Positions 18,244 through 27,409 are shown, numbered from the stretch's first letter. The stretch is 32,000 nt of DNA from Dubosiella newyorkensis (GCF_001945605.1 NZ_MPKA01000057.1:3039-35038); one strand, 5' to 3'. A program made the numbers and translations. The notes: generated by a model not told the origin, from the sequence alone.

Positions 18244-18356
18244 GATTTAGTCCTACCTTTCCGTTATTCCTCCACCACTTCCAACGTAAGCAACACATCG
18301 CTGTGCACGGGCAAACGAATTCATGGTGTGCGAATTTTGCGCACTCGCGCTTCACC

Positions 18357-18384
18357 ATTATAACATTTCAATTTTTACTTTCAA
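18357..18384 (-). promoter_or_regulatory. rpsB promoter (TTGAAA-16-TGTTATAAT)
   Basis: On the minus strand, TTGAAA lies at 18384..18379 and the extended -10 TGTTATAAT ends at 18357. It starts 2 nt after the xerC stop and leaves a ~110-nt leader. Confidence 0.7.
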
Positions 18385-18386
18385 CC

Positions 18387-19295
18387 TTAAATTCCTTTGC
18401 CTGCCATTGGATGTGCGTTTTCATACACTTCGCTCAAATGATTCATCGATACATGGGTATAGATCTGTGTAGTCGAAAGAGAAGAATGGCCAAGCAGTTC
18501 TTGCACGATCCGAATATCCGCTCCATTATCTAAAAGATGCGTCGCAAAAGAATGCCGAAACATATGGGGATGCACCTTCATCCGAAAATCGATCGCATCC
18601 GCGTGCTTCTGCATCAAATACTGAACGCCTCGAGCGCTCATCTTTGTCCCTCGGTTCGACAAGAACACAAATTCTTCGCCATCCTTGGCATAGTGCATCC
18701 AATATCTAAGCTTATACTCCTTCAGAAGAGGGACTAACCCTTTATAAAAAGGCACGATTCTCTCCTTGTTTCCTTTTCCTAAGACATGAACGATCCTTGC
18801 ATCCAGGTCGATATCCACCCATTTCAAATCGATGAGTTCGCTCAAACGAAGACCTGACGCATACAATAAAGTGAACATCGTTTTATCTCTAAGCTCATTG
18901 AGCTTCGAAGTATCGTACGTATCTAAAAAAGTTTGGATCTCGTGCAGAAACAAAAAAGAAGGGATCTTACGAGATCGTTTCGGGGATTGGATCGTTTCTA
19001 ACGGATTGGCTTGGATACCGATATATTCATTGAGATATTGATAAAATGAGCGATAAGCCGAGAGTTTTCGGCAAATCGTAGCGTTTGAACTCGTCTTTCC
19101 GTTTGGCAAAACTCTAAGTTCCGCCAAAAAAGCCATGAATGTCTTGCGGTCGACATCTTCAAAGTTTTGGATCGAATGCGCTTCTAAATAATCTTTCAGC
19201 TGATTCAAGTCTCTAGAATACGCTTCGGCAGTATCTGCCGATTGAGAATGCGTTCGATAAATGTAGGCTAAGAAGCGTTCGATCAAATCATTCAT
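18387..19295 (-). CDS. xerC: Tyrosine recombinase XerC (CodV-type)
   Basis: The phage-integrase catalytic region has ...GLRLSEL... and [39 protein letters not shown] (R..HxxR..Y). It overlaps trmFO by 8 nt, as in the Bacillus trmFO-codV arrangement. Confidence 0.9.
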   Translation of the reverse strand: MNDLIERFLAYIYRTHSQSADTAEAYSRDLNQLKDYLEAHSIQNFEDVDRKTFMAFLAELRVLPNGKTSSNATICRKLSAYRSFYQYLNEYIGIQANPLETIQSPKRSRKIPSFLFLHEIQTFLDTYDTSKLNELRDKTMFTLLYASGLRLSELIDLKWVDIDLDARIVHVLGKGNKERIVPFYKGLVPLLKEYKLRYWMHYAKDGEEFVFLSNRGTKMSARGVQYLMQKHADAIDFRMKVHPHMFRHSFATHLLDNGADIRIVQELLGHSSLSTTQIYTHVSMNHLSEVYENAHPMAGKGI

Positions 19296-20589
19296 CCAAT
19301 CGCTCCTTGATGGATTGGATCGTATCGAGCGCTTGCTTGGCTAAACGTTCTTTCTTTTCTTTCTTACGATACTTTTCTTTTGCCCGAAGGATCCCGAAGT
19401 TCGCGTTCATCGGCTGAAAATTTTTCGAATCACAGTGTGTAATATAATACGCTTGCGAGCCCATTACACACGTATTCTCAAATTCGATGCACTCTTTTCC
19501 TTGGATATATCTTGCCATATTGATTCCAGCGATCAAACCGCTCGCCGCTGATTCCACATATCCCTCTACACCCGTCATTTGTCCGGCAAAGAATAGATCT
19601 TCACGTTTTTTAGTTTGATACGTTTCTTTCAAGATCTTTGGGGAATCTAAAAAAGAATTTCGATGCATCACACCATACCGAGTGATCTTTGCGTTCTCTA
19701 GTCCAGGAATCATAGAAAAAACCCGTCTTTGTTCTGGCCAAGTCAAATGCGTTTGAAAGCCAACGATATTGTAGAGAGATCCAGCAACATTATCTTGGCG
19801 AAGCTGTACGACCGCAACTGGATGTTCTCCTTCGCGTTCAAGACCGACTGGTTTAAGCGGACCAAATAAAAGCGTCTTTTTTCCACGTCTTGCCATTTCT
19901 TCGATCGGCATGCAGCCCTCAAAATAAACTTCTTGTTCGAATTCATGGAGATGGGCGCATTCAGCGGCTATGAGCGCTTCATAAAATGTATCAAATTGTT
20001 GTTGATCCATTGGACAATTGATATAACTTGCTTCCCCCTTATCATAACGGGATTTGAAATACGCCTTTGAAAAATCGATCGAATCCTTTTCAAGGATCGG
20101 GGCGGCCGCGTCAAAAAAGTGGAATGGATGTTCGTCTGTGAACGCTTGGATCGCTTTAGCTAACGGTTCGCTCGTCAAAGGTCCGCTGGCGATGATCACA
20201 GGTCCTTCTGGAATCTCACGAACTTCTTCATGCACAATTGTGATATTGGGATGATTGGATAAGGTTTGCGTGATCATTTCTGAAAATTTATGGCGATCCA
20301 CCGCAAGAGCAGACCCGGCCGGGACTTGATTCAGATCAGCGCTTTTCATGATCAAAGAATCAAGCTGACGCATTTCTTCTTTTAAGATCCCGACCGCATT
20401 GTTCAGTGAATTCGAGCGGAGCGAGTTCGAACAAACAAGTTCAGCAAACTGACCTGTAGAAAAAGCGGGTGGAGACGAGTGAGGCCGCATTTCGATCAGG
20501 CGGACTTGAATGCCTCGTTTTGCGAGCTGCCAAGCGGCTTCACTTCCTGCTAGACCAGCTCCGATCACTGTAACTTCTTTATCTTTCAT
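19288..20589 (-). CDS. trmFO: Folate-dependent tRNA (U54-C5) methyltransferase TrmFO (Gid)
   Basis: N-terminal FAD motif [16 protein letters not shown], GidA-like core, 433 aa. Confidence 0.94.
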   Translation of the reverse strand: MKDKEVTVIGAGLAGSEAAWQLAKRGIQVRLIEMRPHSSPPAFSTGQFAELVCSNSLRSNSLNNAVGILKEEMRQLDSLIMKSADLNQVPAGSALAVDRHKFSEMITQTLSNHPNITIVHEEVREIPEGPVIIASGPLTSEPLAKAIQAFTDEHPFHFFDAAAPILEKDSIDFSKAYFKSRYDKGEASYINCPMDQQQFDTFYEALIAAECAHLHEFEQEVYFEGCMPIEEMARRGKKTLLFGPLKPVGLEREGEHPVAVVQLRQDNVAGSLYNIVGFQTHLTWPEQRRVFSMIPGLENAKITRYGVMHRNSFLDSPKILKETYQTKKREDLFFAGQMTGVEGYVESAASGLIAGINMARYIQGKECIEFENTCVMGSQAYYITHCDSKNFQPMNANFGILRAKEKYRKKEKKERLAKQALDTIQSIKERLDE

Positions 20590-20610
20590 TGTTTTAATAC
20601 CTTTCTAGAT

Positions 20611-21354
20611 TTAGATTTCTTTCACATCTTCCAAAGTCAAGATCATTTTTGCACCATTATCGATCAGCTCATTGCAGCCGGCGTATTCTTCTTCACCAAA
20701 GGCGCCCGCTAGACTATAGACTTGTTTTGATAGGTTCAGCATTTCGTTGACTGTGATCATCGTTCCACTTTTATGCCTGGCCTCAATGACGATCAATGAA
20801 TCTGCCGCAGCCGCGATCAATCGATTTCGCCATGGAAAATGATGAGCGAGAGGTGGCGTATTCAACGGATATTCACTCAGTAATAAGTGGTTTTTTCGAA
20901 TGGCATCATATAATCTTGCGCTGGAGCGCGGATAAATTTGATTCAGTCCACAGCCAATGATCCCGATCGTTCCTGTTTTTAATGAACATCGATGGGCTTC
21001 TTGATCGATCCCTCTAGCAAGTCCAGAGACGATGACATATTTTTCTTTTAAGACAGAAATGACTTTTTGAGTATTGGAAATACCTCTTGGTGAGCATTTT
21101 CTTGATCCGATCACAGCGATGCACTTTCTATCAAGTAAACCTAGATCTCCTTGATAAAACAAGATCCATGGTGGAAAGCGCAGCGTTTTAAAACAAGATG
21201 GATAATCATCATCGACGATCGTTACAAAATCAACAGGATATTCTAAAGATGCGTAAGGATGCTTTTCATGCAAAGCATGGGCGATCGAATTCCAATTCCC
21301 AGAAAACTGTACGGAAAAGTATAAGATCGCTTCTCTATAATTATATGTATTCAT
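20611..21354 (-). CDS. dprA: DNA-processing protein DprA (short, 247 aa)
   Basis: Rossmann-like DprA core IAVIGSRKCSPRG...VSGLARGIDQEAHR...GIIGCGLNQIYP. No SD precedes the ATG. Confidence 0.88.
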   Translation of the reverse strand: MNTYNYREAILYFSVQFSGNWNSIAHALHEKHPYASLEYPVDFVTIVDDDYPSCFKTLRFPPWILFYQGDLGLLDRKCIAVIGSRKCSPRGISNTQKVISVLKEKYVIVSGLARGIDQEAHRCSLKTGTIGIIGCGLNQIYPRSSARLYDAIRKNHLLLSEYPLNTPPLAHHFPWRNRLIAAAADSLIVIEARHKSGTMITVNEMLNLSKQVYSLAGAFGEEEYAGCNELIDNGAKMILTLEDVKEI

Positions 21355-21397
21355 ACAATTATATACGACAAATCTAGCATAAATGCGCCCAATTTCT

Positions 21398-21427
21398 AAA
21401 AAAAATAAAAAGCACCTTTTGGGTGCT
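21398..21427 (-). terminator. Rho-independent terminator after rnhB
   Basis: The minus-strand RNA reads AGCACC-CAAAA-GGUGCU followed by UUUUAUUUUUUUU, 3 nt after the stop. Confidence 0.82.
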
Positions 21428-21429
21428 AA

Positions 21430-22038
21430 TCAAAATAAACGGATCGTTTCCATTTCTTTGACAGGACGATAGCTTTTGCGAAAGCAAGGAAGAAGGCCAT
21501 AAGTATGCAAGGCTTCAATATGTTTTTTGGTAGGATAGCCTTTGTGCTTTGAAAAACCATATTGAGGATAGAGATGATCGAGATGATTCATCCAATGGTC
21601 TCGGATCACTTTCGCTAAAATACTCGCTGCCGCGATCGAGAGCGATTTTTGATCTCCCTTAATGATCGATTCATTTGAAATCGTACAATGGGGCAAAGGC
21701 ATCGCATCGCTCAAAACGAAATCAGCTTTTGAATGATTGGCGATCTTCTCCATTGCTTCCTGGGTCGCTCGATAAATATTTTTTTGATCGATCTCTCTTT
21801 CAGAAACGATCAGCACTTGATAATACTTGGCATCATTCAAGATTTGTTTAAAGAGAATTTCGCGTTTTTTTTCGCTCAGTTTCTTAGAATCATCGATCAG
21901 GTCATTAGAATAGCCTTTTGGAAAAATAACGCCTGCCACCACAAGTGGCCCGGCGATCGGGCCTCTTCCTGCTTCATCCATTCCTAAGACATTGGAATAC
22001 ATTTTCCAAGCATCAATCTCGAGTGGTTCTTTGATCAT
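21430..22038 (-). CDS. rnhB: Ribonuclease HII
   Basis: GMDEAGRGPIAGPLVVAGV catalytic motif. I prefer ATG 22038 (GGGAGAGAG SD), which overlaps the rbgA end by 26 nt. The track start at 22077 is a GTG codon with no SD. Confidence 0.9.
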   Translation of the reverse strand: MIKEPLEIDAWKMYSNVLGMDEAGRGPIAGPLVVAGVIFPKGYSNDLIDDSKKLSEKKREILFKQILNDAKYYQVLIVSEREIDQKNIYRATQEAMEKIANHSKADFVLSDAMPLPHCTISNESIIKGDQKSLSIAAASILAKVIRDHWMNHLDHLYPQYGFSKHKGYPTKKHIEALHTYGLLPCFRKSYRPVKEMETIRLF

Positions 22039-22924
22039 CCGCTCTCTCCCATGTGATCGCGCCAAGTTTGTTTTCACGAATATCTTTGATAAAGGATCGC
22101 ATCAATCGATTTTCATCAATTTCTCCTCGAAGCAAATACCCTCTTTTTTTCCCAATTTCTAATAAAGTTTGGTATGGAGTTTCCTGAATCTCGATTTGAT
22201 ATGTATTTTTTAAAGCGTCCGGATGATGTTCCATGAGCCAAGAACACGCAAATAGGGCGATGTCATCTTGACTAACGACTTCGTCTTTGATCGAACCAAG
22301 CAATGCCAGCTTTTCTCCGACTAATGGTTCTTCGAATTTCGGCCATAATACCCCTGGAGTATCTAACAGTTCTAATGAGTCAGCGAGTTTGATCCATTGG
22401 AGAGCTTTGGTCACACCTGGCCGATCTCCTGTTTGAGCGGCTTTCCTTCGTGCCAATGTATTAATAAAGGTGCTTTTTCCTACATTTGGGATTCCGCAAA
22501 CCATAGCTCTGAGAGCACGAGGATTGATCCCTCTTCTCTTCTGTTTTTCGATGAGAGCTTTGCACAACTCTTGACTCGCATCAATAAGTTTATTCTTATA
22601 ATTGTCTTGGATCAGATCTAAAGAGATCGCCATTTCATTCTCGTTTTTGAAATAGGCAGTCCATTCTTTTGTCGCTTCTGGATCGGCTTTATCTCTTTTA
22701 GAGAGTATGATCAAGCGTGGCTTATTGCCGATGATTTCTTCAAGCATTGGATTTTTGCTGGAAGCTGGGATGCGAGCGTCTCGGATCTCAATGATGAAAT
22801 CGACTTTTTTCAAATTTTCTTCCATTTGTCGTCGGGCTTTGGTCATATGGCCAGGGAACCAGTTGATATTTGTTGTAAATGTCTTTTCTTCTTTTTGTTT
22901 TTGGTTTTTACCTTTTTTTGCCAT
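22013..22924 (-). CDS. rbgA: Ribosome biogenesis GTPase A (YlqF/RbgA)
   Basis: INWFPGHMTKARR, circularly permuted GTPase motifs (LSKRDKAD ... GIPNVGKST ... DTPG). Confidence 0.94.
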   Translation of the reverse strand: MAKKGKNQKQKEEKTFTTNINWFPGHMTKARRQMEENLKKVDFIIEIRDARIPASSKNPMLEEIIGNKPRLIILSKRDKADPEATKEWTAYFKNENEMAISLDLIQDNYKNKLIDASQELCKALIEKQKRRGINPRALRAMVCGIPNVGKSTFINTLARRKAAQTGDRPGVTKALQWIKLADSLELLDTPGVLWPKFEEPLVGEKLALLGSIKDEVVSQDDIALFACSWLMEHHPDALKNTYQIEIQETPYQTLLEIGKKRGYLLRGEIDENRLMRSFIKDIRENKLGAITWERADDQRTTRD

Positions 22925-22944
22925 TGTGTGCTTCTTTCTAGAGA

Positions 22945-23568
22945 TTACTTCAGTCCGAACTTGGAAAAGGGATACAATACGAAAACACCATTTCCATAGA
23001 TTTGCGAGCGTTTGACGGGTCCAACCTCAGGGTCTCGTGAATCTTTCGAGAACGTGCGATTATCTCCCATCACAAAATATTCATCTTCGCCCAATGTGAT
23101 CGGTCCCCAATCTCGTACAACACTCATACCATTGAGTTCGTCGCTTTTTTGAACGGTTTTATTGAAATAACCATATTGATCAATGATCGACTGTTTATAA
23201 TCTTGATCAATGTAACTTGTCTCATCGATTGGCTCTCCATTGATTAGGATCGTGTCGTTTACACATTCGATCGTTTCGCCAGGCATCCCGATAATGCGCT
23301 TGACCCACTCGCTCTTTTCATTCGTGTTTGGATCGTTCATCGTTACAACTACGATCTGATTCCGCTTTGGATCGGATAATTTTGTAGATATGATACTTGT
23401 AAAGCCGTATTCACCGTCTGCAAGCGTTGGATCCATGCTGTGTCCGACTACAGTGACTGGGTGGGCAATAAAGTTCGCAAAAAGCAATACGATCACCGCG
23501 CTTATCGCGAACACTTTCACAAAATCAAGGATTTCTTTTGAAAGACTCGTTTTATTCTCTTTCTCCAT
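22945..23568 (-). CDS. lepB: Signal peptidase I
   Basis: N-terminal TM anchor, catalytic GHSMDPTL (Ser) and KRIIGMPGE (Lys) boxes, and GDNRTFSKDSR. Confidence 0.93.
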   Translation of the reverse strand: MEKENKTSLSKEILDFVKVFAISAVIVLLFANFIAHPVTVVGHSMDPTLADGEYGFTSIISTKLSDPKRNQIVVVTMNDPNTNEKSEWVKRIIGMPGETIECVNDTILINGEPIDETSYIDQDYKQSIIDQYGYFNKTVQKSDELNGMSVVRDWGPITLGEDEYFVMGDNRTFSKDSRDPEVGPVKRSQIYGNGVFVLYPFSKFGLK

Positions 23569-23587
23569 ATTTACTCCTTTTATTCTT

Positions 23588-23595
23588 ATTATACA
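23588..23595 (-). promoter_or_regulatory. Candidate lepB -10 element (TGTATAAT)
   Basis: The minus strand reads TGTATAAT immediately after the rplS terminator U-tract, 19 nt upstream of the ATG, with an AAAGGAG SD. No convincing -35 is present. Confidence 0.3.
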
Positions 23596-23618
23596 AAAAA
23601 AAGCCAGAGACTGGCTTT
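23595..23618 (-). terminator. Rho-independent terminator after rplS
   Basis: The minus-strand RNA reads AAAGCCAG-UCU-CUGGCUUU followed by a U-run. Confidence 0.82.
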
Positions 23619-23622
23619 AATT

Positions 23623-23973
23623 TTACTTACGTACTTCTTTGATACGAGCCGCTTTACCAGAACGGTTACGGAGATAACGCAATTTATTACGACGTACTTT
23701 ACCGTGACGAACGACTTCGATTTTATCTAAGATTGGTGAATGGATCGGGAATTTACGTTCTACACCGATTCCACTTGACATTTTGCGGACAGTGATCGAT
23801 TCGTTGATACCACTTCCGACTTTTTCAGTAATGATTCCTTCATAAACCTGGATACGGCTCTTGTCGCCTTCCTTGATCTTTACATACACTTTAACCGTGT
23901 CACCTGATCTAAGTTCAGGAAGATCTTTTCTTAATTGTGATCTTGTAACTTCATTGACTAAGTTTAAATTCAT
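23623..23973 (-). CDS. rplS: 50S ribosomal protein L19
   Basis: 116 aa with FRSGDTV-like [16 protein letters not shown]...RIQVYEG and a GGAGG SD. Confidence 0.97.
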   Translation of the reverse strand: MNLNLVNEVTRSQLRKDLPELRSGDTVKVYVKIKEGDKSRIQVYEGIITEKVGSGINESITVRKMSSGIGVERKFPIHSPILDKIEVVRHGKVRRNKLRYLRNRSGKAARIKEVRK

Positions 23974-24065
23974 GATTGCCTCCTTATATGATGCTTGTGT
24001 TCTTATGATTCATGACTCCTATGGTCAGCGGAACCGGCACAATGCTTAAATACGATATCATATCG
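23974..24065 (-). promoter_or_regulatory. 92-nt trmD-rplS spacer, candidate L19 autoregulatory leader
   Basis: The position matches the Firmicute rplS 5' leader. I see small hairpins (CUGAC-CAUAGGA-GUCAUG region) but cannot confirm a match to the covariance model by eye. Confidence 0.3.
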
Positions 24066-24785
24066 TTATTTGTTTTTCAAGATAGAATCCACGACTTTTT
24101 GGTCTTGCTCGCTTAAATCAAGGTCATTCAAAAGGTCGGGACGATTTTTGGCCGTCTTGATCAACGCTTGCTCATGGCGATACTTTGCGATATTGGCATG
24201 ATGTCCGCTTAATAATACTTCTGGAACAGCTTTGCCCTCATAGACGGGTGGTTTCGTGTATTGAGGATATTCAAGGAGTCCGTTTGAAAACGAATCATCG
24301 TGGCTGCTTTCTTGTTTGATGACGCCAGGAATGAGCCTAAGGATTGCATCGCATATGACCATGCAAGCGCCTTCTCCTCCCGTCAGTACAAAGTCGCCAA
24401 TCGAAACTTGAAGATCGACATAGTCACGGATCCTTTCATCAAATCCTTCGTAATGTCCGCACAAAAAGATCAAATGTTCTTCTTTAGATAGATCAAGAGC
24501 CATTTTTTGTTGGAACACATCCCCTTGAGGTGTTAAAAGAATAACTTTAGATCGAGGGGTACGAACACTTTTCAAGGCATCTAGGATCGGTTGGCAAGAA
24601 AGGACCATGCCTGCCCCTCCACCATATGGGGTATCATCGACATGGCCATGTTTTTCTTTTGTGAATTCTCTAAAATTGACTGTTTCAAATTCAAAGAGAT
24701 CTTTTTCTTTGGCTCGTTTGATGATCGATGTTCTTAGAAGCGGTTCAAAGTATTCAGGAAAAAGACTTAATACAGTGATCTTCAT
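24066..24785 (-). CDS. trmD: tRNA (guanine37-N1)-methyltransferase
   Basis: DDTPYGGGAGMV and LCGHYEGFDERI SPOUT motifs. It overlaps rimM by 4 nt. Confidence 0.96.
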   Translation of the reverse strand: MKITVLSLFPEYFEPLLRTSIIKRAKEKDLFEFETVNFREFTKEKHGHVDDTPYGGGAGMVLSCQPILDALKSVRTPRSKVILLTPQGDVFQQKMALDLSKEEHLIFLCGHYEGFDERIRDYVDLQVSIGDFVLTGGEGACMVICDAILRLIPGVIKQESSHDDSFSNGLLEYPQYTKPPVYEGKAVPEVLLSGHHANIAKYRHEQALIKTAKNRPDLLNDLDLSEQDQKVVDSILKNK

Positions 24786-25270
24786 CGAAGTCCTTCCAGC
24801 TCTTTGATCTTGATCGTTCTCTGATTTCGATCAACGTCTAAAATAAAAGCATCGACAAATGGAACTAAGAAAGAGTCTTTTCCTTTCTGGATGCGCAGAA
24901 CAATGTTTGGTCCAGTTTCTAAGATATCGACAACTTTTCCTAATTCTTCACCATTTTCATTATAGACTGTGCAGTCGACAAGTTCATGGTAATAAAATTC
25001 GTCATCCGATAGTTCAGGAAGATCTTCGATCGGAAAATAGAGCGATTTGCCTTTGAGCGCTTCTGCTTGTTCGATCGTCTCGATTCCTTTGAAATAAGCG
25101 TAGCCAAACCCTTTTTGCATCCGAAACCGTTCAACGACGATCGGTTCTTTCTCGTCGATATAGAGTGTTCTTCCTTTCTCAAAGCGATGCTCTGCTTCAT
25201 CGGTGATCAAGTAGAGCTTGCATTCTCCCTTTAGTCCATGGGTGTTGATTATTTTTGCGACTTTTATCAT
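24782..25270 (-). CDS. rimM: 16S rRNA processing protein RimM
   Basis: VAKIINTHGLKGECKL N-terminus, PRC-barrel C-terminus, in the conserved rpsP-rimM-trmD-rplS context. Confidence 0.94.
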   Translation of the reverse strand: MIKVAKIINTHGLKGECKLYLITDEAEHRFEKGRTLYIDEKEPIVVERFRMQKGFGYAYFKGIETIEQAEALKGKSLYFPIEDLPELSDDEFYYHELVDCTVYNENGEELGKVVDILETGPNIVLRIQKGKDSFLVPFVDAFILDVDRNQRTIKIKELEGLR

Positions 25271-25282
25271 ATTTTGCTCCTT

Positions 25283-25312
25283 AAAAAAAGAAGGATGTGT
25301 TCGTCACATCCT
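25283..25312 (-). terminator. Hairpin plus U-tract between ylqC and rimM (probable partial terminator or attenuator)
   Basis: The minus-strand RNA reads AGGAUGUG-ACGAA-CACAUCCU followed by UCUUUUUUU. The stem overlaps the ylqC stop, and an AAGGAG SD for rimM follows. Confidence 0.65.
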
Positions 25313-25559
25313 AGTAGGCTTCAAATTTTACAGAAATATGGGATTTCATGTTCCGTGCCGCAATCGCGATCATTTGTCTTAAACTGCTGGCCATGATCCC
25401 TTTTCGTCCGATCAATCGTGCGATATCATCGCTTGATGCGTAAACATATAAAGAAACTTCATTTTCGTTCGTTGTCGTCATCGTTTTAACGGACAACGAT
25501 TTCGCATCATCTACGAGGGGCTTACAAAGATCGTAGAGAGTCTTCTCTAAATCCACCAT
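25311..25559 (-). CDS. KH-domain RNA-binding protein (YlqC/UPF0109 family)
   Basis: 82 aa with the KH motif LIGRKGIMASSLRQ. It sits in the conserved slot between rpsP and rimM. Confidence 0.9.
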   Translation of the reverse strand: MVDLEKTLYDLCKPLVDDAKSLSVKTMTTTNENEVSLYVYASSDDIARLIGRKGIMASSLRQMIAIAARNMKSHISVKFEAY

Positions 25560-25562
25560 ATT

Positions 25563-25832
25563 TTACTTTCCGTATTTTTCGTCGTGCAGTTCTTTCAATA
25601 CGCCTTCTTTTGATAAGATCGAGCGAACTGTATCTGTAGGTTGTGCTCCGTTTTTGATCCATTTTTTCGCAGCATCTTTATTCAAAGTGATTTTATTTTC
25701 ATTTTTCATTGGATCGTATGTTCCGATCTCTTCGATAAAGCGTCCATCGCGTGGGCTTCTAGAATCTGCTGCTACGATACGGTAAAAAGGATGTCCTTTT
25801 TTACCCATTCTTTTTAAACGTAATTTTACCAT
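25563..25832 (-). CDS. rpsP: 30S ribosomal protein S16
   Basis: [34 protein letters not shown]..., canonical S16. Confidence 0.97.
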   Translation of the reverse strand: MVKLRLKRMGKKGHPFYRIVAADSRSPRDGRFIEEIGTYDPMKNENKITLNKDAAKKWIKNGAQPTDTVRSILSKEGVLKELHDEKYGK

Positions 25833-25863
25833 GGTTCCTCTTCCTTTCGATTTTTACTTCGCT

Positions 25864-25892
25864 ATTGTAGCAATCAAAAAAAGAAGTGTCAA
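25864..25892 (-). promoter_or_regulatory. rpsP promoter (TTGACA-17-TGCTACAAT)
   Basis: On the minus strand, the consensus -35 TTGACA (25892..25887) lies inside the 3' arm of the ffh terminator. A 17-nt spacer separates it from the extended -10 TGCTACAAT (-10 at 25869..25864). Confidence 0.75.
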
Positions 25893-25912
25893 GTATTTTT
25901 CCTTGACACTTC
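25876..25912 (-). terminator. Rho-independent terminator after ffh
   Basis: Perfect 11-bp stem GAAGTGTCAAG (25883..25893) / CTTGACACTTC (25902..25912). A U7 tract follows on the minus strand, and the hairpin starts 2 nt after the stop. Confidence 0.88.
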
Positions 25913-25914
25913 GA

Positions 25915-27324
25915 CTACTTTTTCTTCTTTTTGCTTTTAGATTTCTTCTTTTTCTTGCTTCCGGCATGCTTGCTGGCGCCAAATGCTCCGCCCCCACGTT
26001 GCATCGCTCCAAAATCTGGCATTTTTCCAGACTTCATCATCTTGGTCAAAGTTTGCATTTGTTCAACTTGGCTGATCAAACGATTGACATCCATGACTTT
26101 GACACCGGCTCCTTTTGCGATCCTAGATTTCCGGCTTGCCTTCAAACAGTTGGGATGCTCTCTTTCATAAGGAGTCATCGAGTGAATGATCGCTTCATTC
26201 TTCTTGACTCCCGCATCAACTTGCTCGTCATCGATTTGTGCGCCTAACTTATTTAAGCCAGGGATCATTTTCATGACGTTTTGCATAGAACCCATCTTCT
26301 TGACTTGTTTATATTGATCAAGAAGGTCGTTGAATGTGAAGATCCCTTCCTGCATTCTTTCAACAGCCTTCTTTTGGATTTCCATATCCATTTTGTCTTG
26401 CGCTTGCTCAACAAGAGTCAGAATATCTCCCATTCCTAAGATACGATCTGCCATTCGATCTGGATGGAATTCTTCAAGGTCTTCTACCTTTTCGCCATTT
26501 GATACAAACATGACTGGTACATCCGTGATCGTGCGGACAGAAAGCAATCCGCCTCCTCGAGCATCGCCATCCATTTTCGTCACCACAAGTCCAGTGATCT
26601 GCAGCTGTTCATTGAATTCTTTAGCCACCGTGACGATATCTTGACCTGTCATCGCGTCGACTGTTAACAGAATATCATCCGGATGTACGATCTCTTTCAT
26701 TTCTTTGAGTTCGTCCATCAATTCTTCGTCGATATGCAGGCGGCCCGCTGTATCGAAGATCACAAGATCTTTTTGATGTTCATTTGCATATTGAAGCGCT
26801 TTTCTTGCGGTTTCAATGGCGCTTGTTTGAGCGCCTAGGCTAAATACTTCAACATCGATTTGTTTTCCTAAAGTTTGTAGCTGTTCGATCGCGGCTGGGC
26901 GAACGACATCGCAAGCCACGAGCAGTACGCGTTTTTTTAGTTTTTGTTTCGCAAAGCGGGCGATTTTAGCAGAAGCAGTCGTTTTACCAGTTCCCTGCAA
27001 GCCGACCATCATAATCGTAGAGAGTCCGTTTGGTTTTAAATGAAGCTTCGCATCGCTTTGTCCTAATAATTCTTGCAGTTCATCATGAACGATCTTTACG
27101 ACCATTTGAGATGGATTCAAAGAATCCAATACCTCTTGTCCGAGAGCTTTTTCTTTGACACGTTCTATAAAATCTTTTACGACCCCATAATTGACATCTG
27201 CTTCTAAAAGCGACATACGCACTTCTCGAAGCATATCATTCATATTTTTTTCAGTTAATTTTCCTTGTCCAGAAATATTTTTTATCGCTTTATTTAAGCG
27301 TTCACTCAATGATTCAAATGCCAT
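25915..27324 (-). CDS. ffh: Signal recognition particle protein Ffh
   Basis: MAFESLSERL N-terminus, GLQGTGKTT P-loop, DTAGR, Met-rich M domain and a Lys-rich C-terminal tail. Confidence 0.97.
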   Translation of the reverse strand: MAFESLSERLNKAIKNISGQGKLTEKNMNDMLREVRMSLLEADVNYGVVKDFIERVKEKALGQEVLDSLNPSQMVVKIVHDELQELLGQSDAKLHLKPNGLSTIMMVGLQGTGKTTASAKIARFAKQKLKKRVLLVACDVVRPAAIEQLQTLGKQIDVEVFSLGAQTSAIETARKALQYANEHQKDLVIFDTAGRLHIDEELMDELKEMKEIVHPDDILLTVDAMTGQDIVTVAKEFNEQLQITGLVVTKMDGDARGGGLLSVRTITDVPVMFVSNGEKVEDLEEFHPDRMADRILGMGDILTLVEQAQDKMDMEIQKKAVERMQEGIFTFNDLLDQYKQVKKMGSMQNVMKMIPGLNKLGAQIDDEQVDAGVKKNEAIIHSMTPYEREHPNCLKASRKSRIAKGAGVKVMDVNRLISQVEQMQTLTKMMKSGKMPDFGAMQRGGGAFGASKHAGSKKKKKSKSKKKKK

Positions 27325-27374
27325 AATTTTTTCCTTTCGAGCTTTTAAAACTTTATAAATTTTATACCAACCGC

Positions 27375-27403
27375 TCGATATTTTCCATTATTTTTGTTAT
27401 GGT
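27375..27403 (+). promoter_or_regulatory. Candidate promoter of the NlpC/P60 gene (TCGATA-17-TGTTATGGT)
   Basis: The extended -10 TGT-TATGGT ends at 27403, 6 nt before ATG 27410. No SD is present and both hexamers are weak. Confidence 0.3.
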
Positions 27404-27409
27404 TTTTAC

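Noticed and set aside
18387-19295. Tyrosine recombinase as a marker of an integrated mobile element
   Set aside because: It overlaps trmFO exactly as housekeeping codV/xerC does in Bacilli. No att-like repeats, phage genes or IS genes flank it.
25915-25990. Lys-rich low-complexity tail of Ffh (SKKKKKSKSKKKKK) as an anomaly
   Set aside because: Basic C-terminal tails on the Ffh M domain are common and plausibly help bind SRP RNA. This is not unusual.
25831-26247. 138-aa plus-strand ORF, plus other short track ORFs overlapping ffh, smc, rpsB, argG and others
   Set aside because: All are embedded antisense or out of frame in strongly supported conserved genes and give low-complexity translations.
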